IMG/VR virus record: IMGVR_UViG_3300034894_000017
Location: 1-47,389 of that record
Direction: 5' to 3' (one strand)
DNA: 47,389 nt
Source: a virus
Taxonomy: Duplodnaviria; Caudoviricetes
The notes under the pieces were generated by a model. The model searched no databases and had not been told where the DNA came from. It was given only the letters and a program-made list of their open reading frames with translations. How positions within the stretch are numbered: position 1 is the first letter of the stretch; each line of letters starts with the position of its first letter. A program made the translations under genes and the position numbers. Below are positions 1-8,033 of the stretch, piece by piece.

Positions 1-127
1 GCTTCTCGGTGCCGCTGTCGATCACGCCGGCGAGCTTGCGGCGTAGCTCCCGCTGGTGCTTGATGCTCTCGCTGACCCCACTGCGCTCGAGCTCGAGCTC
101 CTCGATCCGCAACTCGGCGTCGGCCAT
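1..127. repeat. Terminal direct repeat, copy 1 (circular contig overlap)
   Basis: 1-127 is identical to 47263-47389; 127 is a common assembler k-mer length and an ORF reads through the join. Confidence 0.95.
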
Positions 128-205
128 CGCCTCACCGCGTGCAAGCAGCTCACTCTCGGTGAGCGTGCACGACAGCTCCCGCACTTCGATATCGTCGCTT
201 GGCAT
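1..205 (-). CDS. 5' part of the origin-spanning hypothetical protein (continues at 47262..46901)
   Basis: ATG at 205 with GGAGG just upstream; MPSDDIEVRELSCTLTESELLARGEA runs in frame into MADAELRIEE of ORF 46901..47389. Confidence 0.8.
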   Translation of the reverse strand, partial: MPSDDIEVRELSCTLTESELLARGEAMADAELRIEELELERSGVSESIKHQRELRRKLAGVIDSGTEK

Positions 206-273
206 TCGTCATCCTCCTGTTCGCAAGTGATCAAGGAGACGCCCAACTGCTGCGTCGACATCGGTAAGCGAGA

Positions 274-549
274 TCAGTTCGTCGCGATGGCTCCTTGCTG
301 CTCGACGCGCCCAGGCGCGAGCTCCCTATCGACAGCGTCGGCCACGTCCCGCAGCGAGCCGCCGCAGGCTCGGGCAAAGAGCGCGCACGTCTCGAGGCTT
401 GGCGCATGAGCGCCGCGCTCGATGCGGCTGATGACTTCCCGGTACGAGTCGCAGGCGAGCGCGACGTGCTCCTGCGAGAGGCCCGCCGCCAGGCGAAGGC
501 GACGAAGCTCAGCGCCGGCGGCGCGCGCGATCCGATCGGTGGCGATCAT
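274..549 (-). CDS. XRE-family HTH regulator
   Basis: LRRLRLAAGLSQEHVA...ISRIERGAHAPSLET; ATGA-coupled to the upstream gene. Confidence 0.9.
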   Translation of the reverse strand: MIATDRIARAAGAELRRLRLAAGLSQEHVALACDSYREVISRIERGAHAPSLETCALFARACGGSLRDVADAVDRELAPGRVEQQGAIATN

Positions 550-842
550 GCTGCGCCCTCACAGGATGAGGCGTTGGCTTCATCATCATCATCATCATCG
601 TCAGGCGGCGGCACTTCGCTCGGTGCAGCGCGCGGCGGCTCACCCTCGCCGAAAACCAACCAGACACGATCGACACCGAAGAGTCTGGATGCCTCCTCTA
701 GTGTCGGCAGCGTCAGCGGCGACTCACCGCGCTCCCATCGGCTGATGGTTTGCGGATCGACATCGAACGACTTCGCCGTCTCGCGTTGCGTGAGGCCGCG
801 AACACGACGTGCATGCCGAAAGCGGGTGTGGCGTGAGTCCAT
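546..842 (-). CDS. Cro-like XRE HTH regulator with acidic tail
   Basis: ARRVRGLTQRETAKSFDVDPQTISRWERGE...WLVFGEG; first gene of the leftward operon, divergent from the repressor. Confidence 0.88.
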   Translation of the reverse strand: MDSRHTRFRHARRVRGLTQRETAKSFDVDPQTISRWERGESPLTLPTLEEASRLFGVDRVWLVFGEGEPPRAAPSEVPPPDDDDDDDEANASSCEGAA

Positions 843-857
843 GGACTGAACTTGGAA

Positions 858-886
858 AGTCTAGGCATACCACGCGGAGTTTGCAA
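858..886 (-). promoter_or_regulatory. Sigma70-like leftward promoter for the cro/replication arm
   Basis: TTGCAA (886-881), 17 bp spacer, TAGACT (863-858); overlapped by CTAGGCATACC at 861-871. Confidence 0.7.
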
Positions 887-907
887 GTGCGGAACACCGC
901 GACCGCC

Positions 908-943
908 AGTCCAATGCGTTGCGCACATTGGACTAGGCATACC
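908..943. promoter_or_regulatory. Operator-like elements upstream of the repressor gene
   Basis: Inverted repeat AGTCCAATG-N9-CATTGGACT (908-934) overlapping a second CTAGGCATACC (933-943). Confidence 0.55.
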
Positions 944-987
944 GCGTTTATACACGTTATACGCACCTGGTGCAGTATCTACGCGAA

Positions 988-1419
988 ATGTCTCTCGCCA
1001 TTGAAGACACGGAGCGCGGCAAGCGGATCGCAGCTCTACGTGAGGCCCGTGGGCTCACACAGGCGAAGCTCGCCGCCAAGCTTGGAGTGAACTCGCAGAC
1101 CATTAGTCGGTGGGAGCGCGGCGCCAAACTGACACCGAAAAACTGCGACAAACTCGTCAAATTCTTCAGCGTCTCCTCTGAGTTCATCGTCGAGGGCACC
1201 GCTGGCAGCGCTGTCGTGACCTATCCCGCCTTCGCCGAATACGAAGCGTGGCTAGAGAAGCACCCCGACGAACTCGAAGCGCTGCCGCCAGGTGCGCTCG
1301 AGAATATACGCACCTTCCGACTTACAGTCGCCAACGAGTACGAACCAACTCTCCAGAGTTACATGGTGCTACACAGCTTTATGGTGGGCCTCAAGAAGCG
1401 TAAGCGTGGGCGCAGCTAG
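988..1419 (+). CDS. CI-like XRE-family repressor without a peptidase domain
   Basis: IAALREARGLTQAKLAAKLGVNSQTISRWERG; short C-terminal domain; start may instead be GTG 970. Confidence 0.85.
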   Translation: MSLAIEDTERGKRIAALREARGLTQAKLAAKLGVNSQTISRWERGAKLTPKNCDKLVKFFSVSSEFIVEGTAGSAVVTYPAFAEYEAWLEKHPDELEALPPGALENIRTFRLTVANEYEPTLQSYMVLHSFMVGLKKRKRGRS

Positions 1420-1514
1420 CACGCTTCCCGACAGCAGCGCATGGCTAGCGGCGGGTAGCGAAAAACACAGGCTTTGCAAGGGCGAATCAGCGTGTGAGGT
1501 TTCCCGCACACGCC

Positions 1515-1754
1515 ATGGCACGCAACCTCGGCCTTGAAAAGACCCGCTCCTACCTGCGAACCAGTGCCGCCAAGGCGCTGCCGGCGTGGCTACGTACGGC
1601 GCTGCTCACGTTTCAATGGCCAGATGGCTACGCGCCCACCGCCGGCGACCTTACCGAGCTGGTAGCGAGCCTGCGGGCGTTCCGGACAAGCACATTGCGC
1701 AAGCCGCTAGCCGCAACCAGGGGTAGGCGCCCCGTGATGAAACAGGCCGGTTGA
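1515..1754 (+). CDS. Small protein resembling the repressor C-terminal domain (candidate antirepressor)
   Basis: ALP-x8-TF...Y-x-PT pattern shared with 988..1419; no HTH. Confidence 0.55.
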   Translation: MARNLGLEKTRSYLRTSAAKALPAWLRTALLTFQWPDGYAPTAGDLTELVASLRAFRTSTLRKPLAATRGRRPVMKQAG

Positions 1755-1830
1755 GCGCACCTTTGCGGCCGCCGAGTGGGCTGCCTGGCGGCGTCGAGCA
1801 CTTTTGTTAGGCATATTGCGACGTGCTCTC

Positions 1831-1859
1831 TTGCTGCCTAGAACTAGGCACGCTACGCT
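1831..1859 (+). promoter_or_regulatory. Sigma70-like promoter of the rightward early operon with palindromic operator
   Basis: TTGCTG (1831-1836), 17 bp, TACGCT (1854-1859); palindrome TGCCTAG-AA-CTAGGCA at 1835-1850; GTG start 6 nt after the -10. Confidence 0.7.
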
Positions 1860-1865
1860 TAGTTC

Positions 1866-2123
1866 GTGCCACGCTTCCGCACCCTCCCCCCCGCCGACGT
1901 AGCCTACCGCTCGGAGCAGATGCGAGCGCTGCTCGCCACGGCCTTCACCGGCGAGGCCAAGCCCCGCGCTCACGGCGGCTTCCCGTGCGATTGCTGCGAC
2001 GCCCTCACCATCGACCGCTCGGGCGAGCGCCCGCTGCGCTGCTCGGCCTGCACCGAGCACGGCTGCCAACCGTTTGAGAGGCCGCGGTGCTTGGTGCCGG
2101 CCGACGAAAGGCGTGAGCCATGA
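1866..2123 (+). CDS. Hypothetical Cys-rich (zinc-binding) protein
   Basis: CDCC and CSAC motifs; coupled to next gene by ATGA. Confidence 0.6.
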   Translation: MPRFRTLPPADVAYRSEQMRALLATAFTGEAKPRAHGGFPCDCCDALTIDRSGERPLRCSACTEHGCQPFERPRCLVPADERREP

Positions 2124-2386
2124 GCAGAGCCTTCTGCAAGCGCTGCAGTCGGTACTCCTTCATGACGACGCCCGAGGATCGCGCTCGGTACGACGCTGAG
2201 ATCTTCGCAGCGATCGCGTTGTGGACCCGCACGTCCGTGCATGAGCGCGGCACCGACAACGCCGTGTGCGAGCAACTCGCCCGCGCGAGCGTCTATGCCG
2301 AGTATCTCGTCGCCGCCGATCAGGGCTACTGCCGGCGGTGCAGTCCCGAGATGGTTGAGCCCGCCATCACGAGGCCCGCGCCGTGA
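2120..2386 (+). CDS. Hypothetical protein with two CxxC motifs
   Basis: CKRC...CRRC; overlapping start/stop on both sides. Confidence 0.65.
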   Translation: MSRAFCKRCSRYSFMTTPEDRARYDAEIFAAIALWTRTSVHERGTDNAVCEQLARASVYAEYLVAADQGYCRRCSPEMVEPAITRPAP

Positions 2387-2550
2387 TCTACTGCCCCCAC
2401 GACGCACCGCGCTGCGCCGACTGCCGCGATACCGGCTCTGTCGTGGATCCGCGCTCCGCCGACGAGGACGGCGTGCCGGACTTACTGCCGTGCCCCTGGT
2501 GCACCCGGCCGCCGGCGTCCGTCTCCGACCCAGAGGAGGTCCAGCCATGA
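2383..2550 (+). CDS. Small zinc-finger-like protein (55 aa, below ORF-track cutoff)
   Basis: Read by hand: MIYCPHDAPRCADCRDTGSV...PCPWCTR...EEVQP; GTGA and ATGA overlaps fill the gap exactly. Confidence 0.65.
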   Translation: MIYCPHDAPRCADCRDTGSVVDPRSADEDGVPDLLPCPWCTRPPASVSDPEEVQP

Positions 2551-2927
2551 GCCTACCGAACTACGACAGCTGGAAAGCCGACGAGCCCGTGCGCGAGTCC
2601 GAGCCCGCCGCTGACCCGCACGAGCCGTGCGAGCGGGAGATCGCACGTCTGGAAGCAGCAGCGCGCTCGATCTCCTTCGCCGAGCTCCACGCCCTGGTCG
2701 CGGGTTGGCTGCCCGGTCAGACGTTCTTCGTGGGCGTGCAGGTCCAGCACCAGCATGACGAATGGGGTGTTCGAGACATCATCACGTGGGACATCAGCTA
2801 CAGCTTCGTCAACAACGGCTGCGCGCGCATCGAAGCCCCCACCGCTGCGGAGGCGTACGCGAAGCTGCGGGCCGCCGTGCCGGCTGCTGCAACTCCTCTC
2901 AACGAGGTTGGAGATCTCCCATGGTGA
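2547..2927 (+). CDS. Hypothetical protein
   Basis: GGAGG upstream of ATG 2547 (MSLPNYDSWK...). Confidence 0.7.
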   Translation: MSLPNYDSWKADEPVRESEPAADPHEPCEREIARLEAAARSISFAELHALVAGWLPGQTFFVGVQVQHQHDEWGVRDIITWDISYSFVNNGCARIEAPTAAEAYAKLRAAVPAAATPLNEVGDLPW

Positions 2928-3928
2928 GTACTGCCCATTCAGTCCCAACTGGCCCGACCCGCGACCACCGCAGCTACATCGGCGGCAGCGACATCGCAGC
3001 TGTCGTCGGACAGAGCCGCTTCAAAACGCAACTGGACGTCTGGGCCGAGAAGACGGGCCGCACCAAGTTCGGCGGCAACGAGTGGACCGAGTTCGGCGAC
3101 CACTTCGAGCGCCCCATCCTCGCGCTCTACAGCAAGCGTCAGAGGCTCGCCGAGTCCGACCTCATTTACCCGGGCACGCTCACACACCCACTCTTGCAGC
3201 ACCTCGCGGCGACGCCCGACGCGATCGTCGCCAGCAATCACGCGGTGCAGGTCAAGTGCGTCGGGCTCAACGCCCGCGCCCTGCGCGACCTGTGGGGGGA
3301 TCCGCAGGACGGGCCCGAAGCGGTGCCGGCCGACGTTGCGCTGCAGGTGACGTGGGAGACCGGCATCGCCCGCAAAGTGCTGGGCATCAAGGGTGAGGTG
3401 GCACACATCGTTGCAATGCTCGGCACGGACCTGCCGACGTACGAAGTGCCGTTCGACGCCGAGATGTTCGACGCCCTCGAGACCGTCGCTGACGAGTTCT
3501 GGCGCAAGCACATCGAGCCGGACGTCATGCCCGAGGTGGTGGGCGACGATGGCGAAACGCTGCGGCGCATATTCCCGCGCATCGCGAACGACAAGGTGCT
3601 AGCGGCGACGCCCGAGGTCATCGAGCTCGTCAGCGCGTACGTCGGCTGCCGGCAGAGCGAAGGGTGCTGCAAAAAGGACAAGGAGCGGATCGGCGCGCGG
3701 CTGTGCGCTCTGATCGGCGATGGCTTTGGCTTCGTCAGCCCCGAGCACGGCATCAAGGTCACGTGGGCGGAGAAGCAGGGCAGCGTCAGCTGGAAAGAAG
3801 TAGCCAAGGAGTTTCGGCACCACGCTGTGCTCGCGGGCGTGAGCGGCGCGTTCCTGGACATGGTTGAGCACAAACACAGAGGACAACCCACGCGCGTCAT
3901 CGACGTGCGGACCAAGGAGACCAAATGA
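2921..3928 (+). CDS. YqaJ/lambda-exonuclease-family recombination nuclease
   Basis: RSYIGGSDIAAVVG-SRF, VWAEKTG, G-FE, LAATPD, VQVK motifs. Confidence 0.92.
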   Translation: MVSTAHSVPTGPTRDHRSYIGGSDIAAVVGQSRFKTQLDVWAEKTGRTKFGGNEWTEFGDHFERPILALYSKRQRLAESDLIYPGTLTHPLLQHLAATPDAIVASNHAVQVKCVGLNARALRDLWGDPQDGPEAVPADVALQVTWETGIARKVLGIKGEVAHIVAMLGTDLPTYEVPFDAEMFDALETVADEFWRKHIEPDVMPEVVGDDGETLRRIFPRIANDKVLAATPEVIELVSAYVGCRQSEGCCKKDKERIGARLCALIGDGFGFVSPEHGIKVTWAEKQGSVSWKEVAKEFRHHAVLAGVSGAFLDMVEHKHRGQPTRVIDVRTKETK

Positions 3929-5067
3929 GCAACGAGCCAAGCAGCGCCACCGCTGAGGTCGTCGATCGCGATTCGGAGTACAACCAGATGCAGCAACCCG
4001 GCAACGCCAACCCCTTTTCCGAGAGCGCCGCGCTTTCCACTCAGCGCGAGACCGCAGTCAGCGCAGTTGCCACGCAGGCCCGCGCCATGGTCGAAGCGCG
4101 CTTCGTGATGGCCCTGCATCGGCCGCGGGATCTGGATGCCGTCCGCGTGCGACTTCTCAAAGAGTGCAAGCGCTACGGGTTCGCCGAGGTCGCCCGCTAC
4201 CGACGCCCGGCAGGCCGAGAGCAGAACGACAACGGCGACTGGGTCGAGAAGGTCATTGAGGGCCCATCCATCCGATTCGCCGAAGCGGCGATCCGCAACA
4301 TGGGCAATCTCGATGTCCAGAGCCCCACAATCTACGACGACGACGACAAGAGAATCATTCGCGTCTCGGTCACCGACCTCGAGACCAACTCCACCTACAG
4401 CCGCGACATCTCGCTTGAGAAGGTCGCCGAGCAGCGCAAGCTCCGTAAAGGCCAGAAGCCCGTAGGCCAGCGTACCAACAGCTACGGCGACATCGTGTAT
4501 CTCGTCCCCGCGACCGAGGCCCAGATCAAGCTCAAGCAGGACGCGGAGATCTCCAAGTCGATCCGGACGCTCGGTCTACGGCTCCTCCCCGGGGACATCC
4601 TCGACGAGTGCATGCAGCTGTGTATCTTCACCAAGGAGGCGGGCATCCGCGCCGATCCCGAGGCCGCGCGCAAGCGCATGATCGACGGGTTCGCAGAGCT
4701 CGGCGTCTCGCCGGACGAGCTCAAGATGTATGTTGGCCACGAACTTGGGAGCTGCAGCCCCTCCGAGATTGGCGATCTCCGGGACCTCTACCTCGCCATC
4801 AAGGATGGCGTCACGAGCTGGGGCGACGTCAAACGCGCCCGCAACGAAGCCGATCAAGACGGCGACGCCGATGGCCACGGCGACTCGCGCTTCGAGCAAC
4901 TGCGCAGGTCGGTGAAGGGTCACGCCGACGAGGTGAAAGCCAAACGCGCGGCCGACCAAGCCGCAGCGGGGCAACAGCCTGGGGCAGCACCGCCCGCCGC
5001 CGGCGCCAACACCCAGCCGCCCGAGCAGAAGCCAGCCGACGCAGCGGGAGCCAGGCGTGGGCGCTAG
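3925..5067 (+). CDS. Putative single-strand annealing protein (family not assigned)
   Basis: Directly follows the exonuclease; core motif ALHRPRD...ARY...IEGPSIRFAEAAIRNMGNL; function inferred from position. Confidence 0.55.
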   Translation: MSNEPSSATAEVVDRDSEYNQMQQPGNANPFSESAALSTQRETAVSAVATQARAMVEARFVMALHRPRDLDAVRVRLLKECKRYGFAEVARYRRPAGREQNDNGDWVEKVIEGPSIRFAEAAIRNMGNLDVQSPTIYDDDDKRIIRVSVTDLETNSTYSRDISLEKVAEQRKLRKGQKPVGQRTNSYGDIVYLVPATEAQIKLKQDAEISKSIRTLGLRLLPGDILDECMQLCIFTKEAGIRADPEAARKRMIDGFAELGVSPDELKMYVGHELGSCSPSEIGDLRDLYLAIKDGVTSWGDVKRARNEADQDGDADGHGDSRFEQLRRSVKGHADEVKAKRAADQAAAGQQPGAAPPAAGANTQPPEQKPADAAGARRGR

Positions 5068-5725
5068 CCAGCCGGTGCCGTACTACGCGCCCTGGCTCAC
5101 CGTGCCGTTTGCGGTGATCGACTTCGAGACGACTGGCTTGCGCCCGGGCCTCGACCGCGCCGTGGAGGTGGGGATCGCGCGCTTCGAGCAGGGCCGCCTG
5201 GTCGCGCAGTGCGGCTCGCTCCTGGACCCAGCCATCCCCATTCCGCCGGAGGCCACGAAGGTGCACGGCATCACTGACGACCAGGTGCGCGGCATGCCGA
5301 GCGTGTCGGACTTCTTCACGAGCACGGCCGCACGGGACGCCCTCGGCGGCGCCCAGCCGGCGGCTTACAACGCGTCGTACGATAGGTGGTTCGTGCCGCC
5401 CGCGGCGCTGGCGGACTGGACGTGGCCCTGGCTCGACGCCCTGCCGCTGGTGCGCGTCGTGGATCGGTGGGTGCGCGGCGCTGGGCGCCACCGGCTGAGC
5501 GCGGCGTGCGCCCGCCACGGCGTGGCCCTCGCGAATGCCCACCGGGCCGAGGACGACGCGCGCGCGGCCGGCGAGCTGCTCCTCAAGCTCGCCGCGGCGT
5601 ACTGGACCGAGCCCCCTTGCCTCGGCGACCTGCTCGGCTGGATGCGCCAGCGCGAAGCCGAGCAGTGGGTCGACTTCAACAGCTGGCTCGCCAAGCAGCC
5701 CCAACGGGAGACGGTGACACCGTGA
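5057..5725 (+). CDS. DnaQ-like DEDDh 3'-5' exonuclease
   Basis: VIDFETTG, VHGITD, AYNASYD, AHRAEDDA. Confidence 0.93.
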   Translation: MGASQPVPYYAPWLTVPFAVIDFETTGLRPGLDRAVEVGIARFEQGRLVAQCGSLLDPAIPIPPEATKVHGITDDQVRGMPSVSDFFTSTAARDALGGAQPAAYNASYDRWFVPPAALADWTWPWLDALPLVRVVDRWVRGAGRHRLSAACARHGVALANAHRAEDDARAAGELLLKLAAAYWTEPPCLGDLLGWMRQREAEQWVDFNSWLAKQPQRETVTP

Positions 5726-5952
5726 AAATCGCAACCGACAACCCCGAAGTGCGCGCCGTCGAGGACGCGGCATGGGACGTCAAGGACTGCGCTGCGGATT
5801 TGTACGGCCGCGCGCTGTCGGGCCCCGACAAGGCGGCGCTCGGCTCGGTGCTGCGGGACCTCGAACGAATCCGCGAGCGCCTGGCTGGCGTCCGTGACAA
5901 ACGCAAGCGCAGCAACGGCGCGGCCGCCGACGACCAGGAGGGCGCCGCATGA
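5722..5952 (+). CDS. Hypothetical protein
   Basis: GTGA/ATGA coupling on both sides. Confidence 0.65.
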   Translation: MKIATDNPEVRAVEDAAWDVKDCAADLYGRALSGPDKAALGSVLRDLERIRERLAGVRDKRKRSNGAAADDQEGAA

Positions 5953-6236
5953 CCGAACCCTTGCCCGCCTTCCACCGCGCCAAGTGCCCGGCCTGCAGCG
6001 CGCTGTGCGAACAGCGGCGCCGCTCGGTGCTGCTCCCCAACAGCGAGAACGTGTGGGACATGCACGCCGCCTACGAGTGCCTCGAGTGCGAGGCGATCTA
6101 CTTGCCTGCTGCGCAAGAGTCTGCGCCCGTTCCGGGCGGCAACCCTAACACAGCTTTGCTCAACACAGACACGGACCCGTCTGGGGCGAGCGCAGACACT
6201 CCCGCCGGCGATCCCAAGCTGCAGGAGGCGCGATGA
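5949..6236 (+). CDS. Hypothetical zinc-ribbon protein
   Basis: CPAC...CLEC; GGAGG RBS. Confidence 0.65.
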   Translation: MTEPLPAFHRAKCPACSALCEQRRRSVLLPNSENVWDMHAAYECLECEAIYLPAAQESAPVPGGNPNTALLNTDTDPSGASADTPAGDPKLQEAR

Positions 6237-6538
6237 GCTACTCGGCGAAGGACTTGGAGCGCTCCCGGCGCTGGGCGCGTGAGCGAGCCCTCTACCACGA
6301 CCAGGGCATCGCCGAGCTGATCGCCACCGTCCGCCGCGAGACCGTGGAGGAGTGCATAGCCGAGGTGCGCAAGAGACTGAGTGCTGGATCGGCTATCGAG
6401 GACGCACTCCGCGCCCTGCTGGACGAGCCCAAGGCGTGCTCGAGGTGCGGCGCCACAGATACCGAGCTCTATTCGGCAGGCGTCTGCAACGACGCATTGG
6501 CGTGCCAGGAAAGAAGCGAGGAGCCCAGCCATGGGTGA
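6233..6538 (+). CDS. Hypothetical protein
   Basis: AGGAGG RBS, ATGA overlap, C-terminal CxxC. Confidence 0.7.
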   Translation: MSYSAKDLERSRRWARERALYHDQGIAELIATVRRETVEECIAEVRKRLSAGSAIEDALRALLDEPKACSRCGATDTELYSAGVCNDALACQERSEEPSHG

Positions 6539-6893
6539 CATCGACGACCTCTCGCGCGAGCTCACCGAGGAGATCGAAGCGCACCGGGTGACGCGTGAGC
6601 GCATGGAATACGAGAAGGATCGCGCCCAGAAGGCAAGCGCTGACTACGTGCTGATGCAGATGCGGGCCGAAGCGGCCGAAGCCCGCGTCAAGGAGCTGGA
6701 GGCGGACCTCAACGCGATTCGCGACACGCAGTTTGCGTGGGACGCGATGATGCAACGGCTCACCGAGGCGCGGGCCAGCAAGGCCACGCTGATCGCCGAT
6801 GTCGAGGACTGGATGTCCGACGCGCTGATCGAGCTGCCCCATGACGCCGTCGAGCTGAGCCGCATCCTCGACAAGCATCGGGGGCAGCCATGA
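6531..6893 (+). CDS. Hypothetical coiled-coil protein
   Basis: GAGGAG RBS; heptad-like RAEAAEARVKELEADL. Confidence 0.7.
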   Translation: MGDIDDLSRELTEEIEAHRVTRERMEYEKDRAQKASADYVLMQMRAEAAEARVKELEADLNAIRDTQFAWDAMMQRLTEARASKATLIADVEDWMSDALIELPHDAVELSRILDKHRGQP

Positions 6894-7216
6894 AGCCGCT
6901 TCCGAGCAAAATCAGCATCGGTGACAAGTACCGCCCGGCGATGGAGATCACGACGCAAGCCGACGCTGACGAGTACTTCGCCGTTTGCGTGCAACACACG
7001 ATGAGCTTCGGGACCGACCGCGAGAAAGCCGAAGACATTGAGCGGCAGAACCTCGGATACTTCGCGGGGTACTACGACAACGAGACGCGTGAGCGCGTAG
7101 AGCGCCTGTTTCGATGCAAGCACCCAGTCTTCGGGTCGATTGCGGAGAATGGGCCACCGACACCGGAAAGCGCGCTTCTGTCCGGCCTCCTTCGCGGACT
7201 CAAGGAGAAGCCATGA
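6890..7216 (+). CDS. Hypothetical phage protein
   Basis: Coupled ORF; NLGYFAGYYD...HPVFG. Confidence 0.75.
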   Translation: MKPLPSKISIGDKYRPAMEITTQADADEYFAVCVQHTMSFGTDREKAEDIERQNLGYFAGYYDNETRERVERLFRCKHPVFGSIAENGPPTPESALLSGLLRGLKEKP

Positions 7217-7431
7217 GCGCCTGCTCGTCATGCAAGCAGCCGATCCTGTGGGCGAAGACCACCACCGGCAAGGCCATCCCGCTGAACCCCGCGCCGATCG
7301 CCGGCGGCAACCTCGAACTCAAGGACGGCGTTGCGCGCGTCGTGCAGCCGCACCCGGCCGTGAAGCTCTACACCTCGCATTTCACGAACTGCCCCCAAGC
7401 GAACTCGCATCGCAAGGAGCGGCGGCGATGA
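7213..7431 (+). CDS. Small zinc-binding hypothetical protein
   Basis: CSSCKQPILWAKT-TGKAIPLN...SHFTNCP; AAGGAG RBS. Confidence 0.75.
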   Translation: MSACSSCKQPILWAKTTTGKAIPLNPAPIAGGNLELKDGVARVVQPHPAVKLYTSHFTNCPQANSHRKERRR

Positions 7432-8033
7432 CCCCGGTCGACGCATACCCGCTGCAGTGGCCGGTCGGGTGGACTCGCACTCACCGCGACGACCGACGCG
7501 CATCGGCTTTTCAAGTCTCGTTCGCGCGCGCTCGAGACCATCTGCTGCGCTCGGTTCGGCTGCTCGGCGGGGTCGACGTCATTGTGTCGAGCAACATCGC
7601 CTTGCGGCGCGACGGGTTGCCGTACGCGAACCAAGGGGAGCCCGCCGATCCCGGCATCGCTGTCTACTGGACCCAGGACAATCAGCCCCGCGTGATGGCC
7701 TGCGACTGCTGGCGCACCACCCGCGACAACCTCCGCGCGGTCGGTCTGACGGTCGACGCGCTGCGCGCCATTGAGCGATCGGGTGCGACGCAGCTGCTCG
7801 AGCGCGCGTTCACGGGGTTCGCAGCGCTCCCGGCGAACGCCGGCGACAACGGTGCACCGGACTGGCGCGAGGTGTTCTGCGTGTCGCGCGACGCAGTGCT
7901 CAATCGCGCGCAACTCGACCAGCTCTATCGCTCACTCGCCAAGCACGCGCACCCCGACCTGACCGGGAGTCTCGAGCGCATGGTCGTGCTGAACCGCGCG
8001 CGGGACGCAGCGCTGCGCGAGGTCGGGCCATGA
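7428..8033 (+). CDS. Phage protein with C-terminal J (DnaJ) domain
   Basis: YPLQWP...DPGIAVYW...ACD N-terminal domain; YRSLAKHAHPD...LNRARD J-domain with HPD. Confidence 0.85.
   Translation: MTPVDAYPLQWPVGWTRTHRDDRRASAFQVSFARARDHLLRSVRLLGGVDVIVSSNIALRRDGLPYANQGEPADPGIAVYWTQDNQPRVMACDCWRTTRDNLRAVGLTVDALRAIERSGATQLLERAFTGFAALPANAGDNGAPDWREVFCVSRDAVLNRAQLDQLYRSLAKHAHPDLTGSLERMVVLNRARDAALREVGP

Noticed and set aside
546-580. ssrA-like degron (ANASSCEGAA) on the Cro-like protein
   Set aside because: EGAA is dictated by the overlapping RBS and ATGA junction; the same ending occurs in ORF 5722..5952
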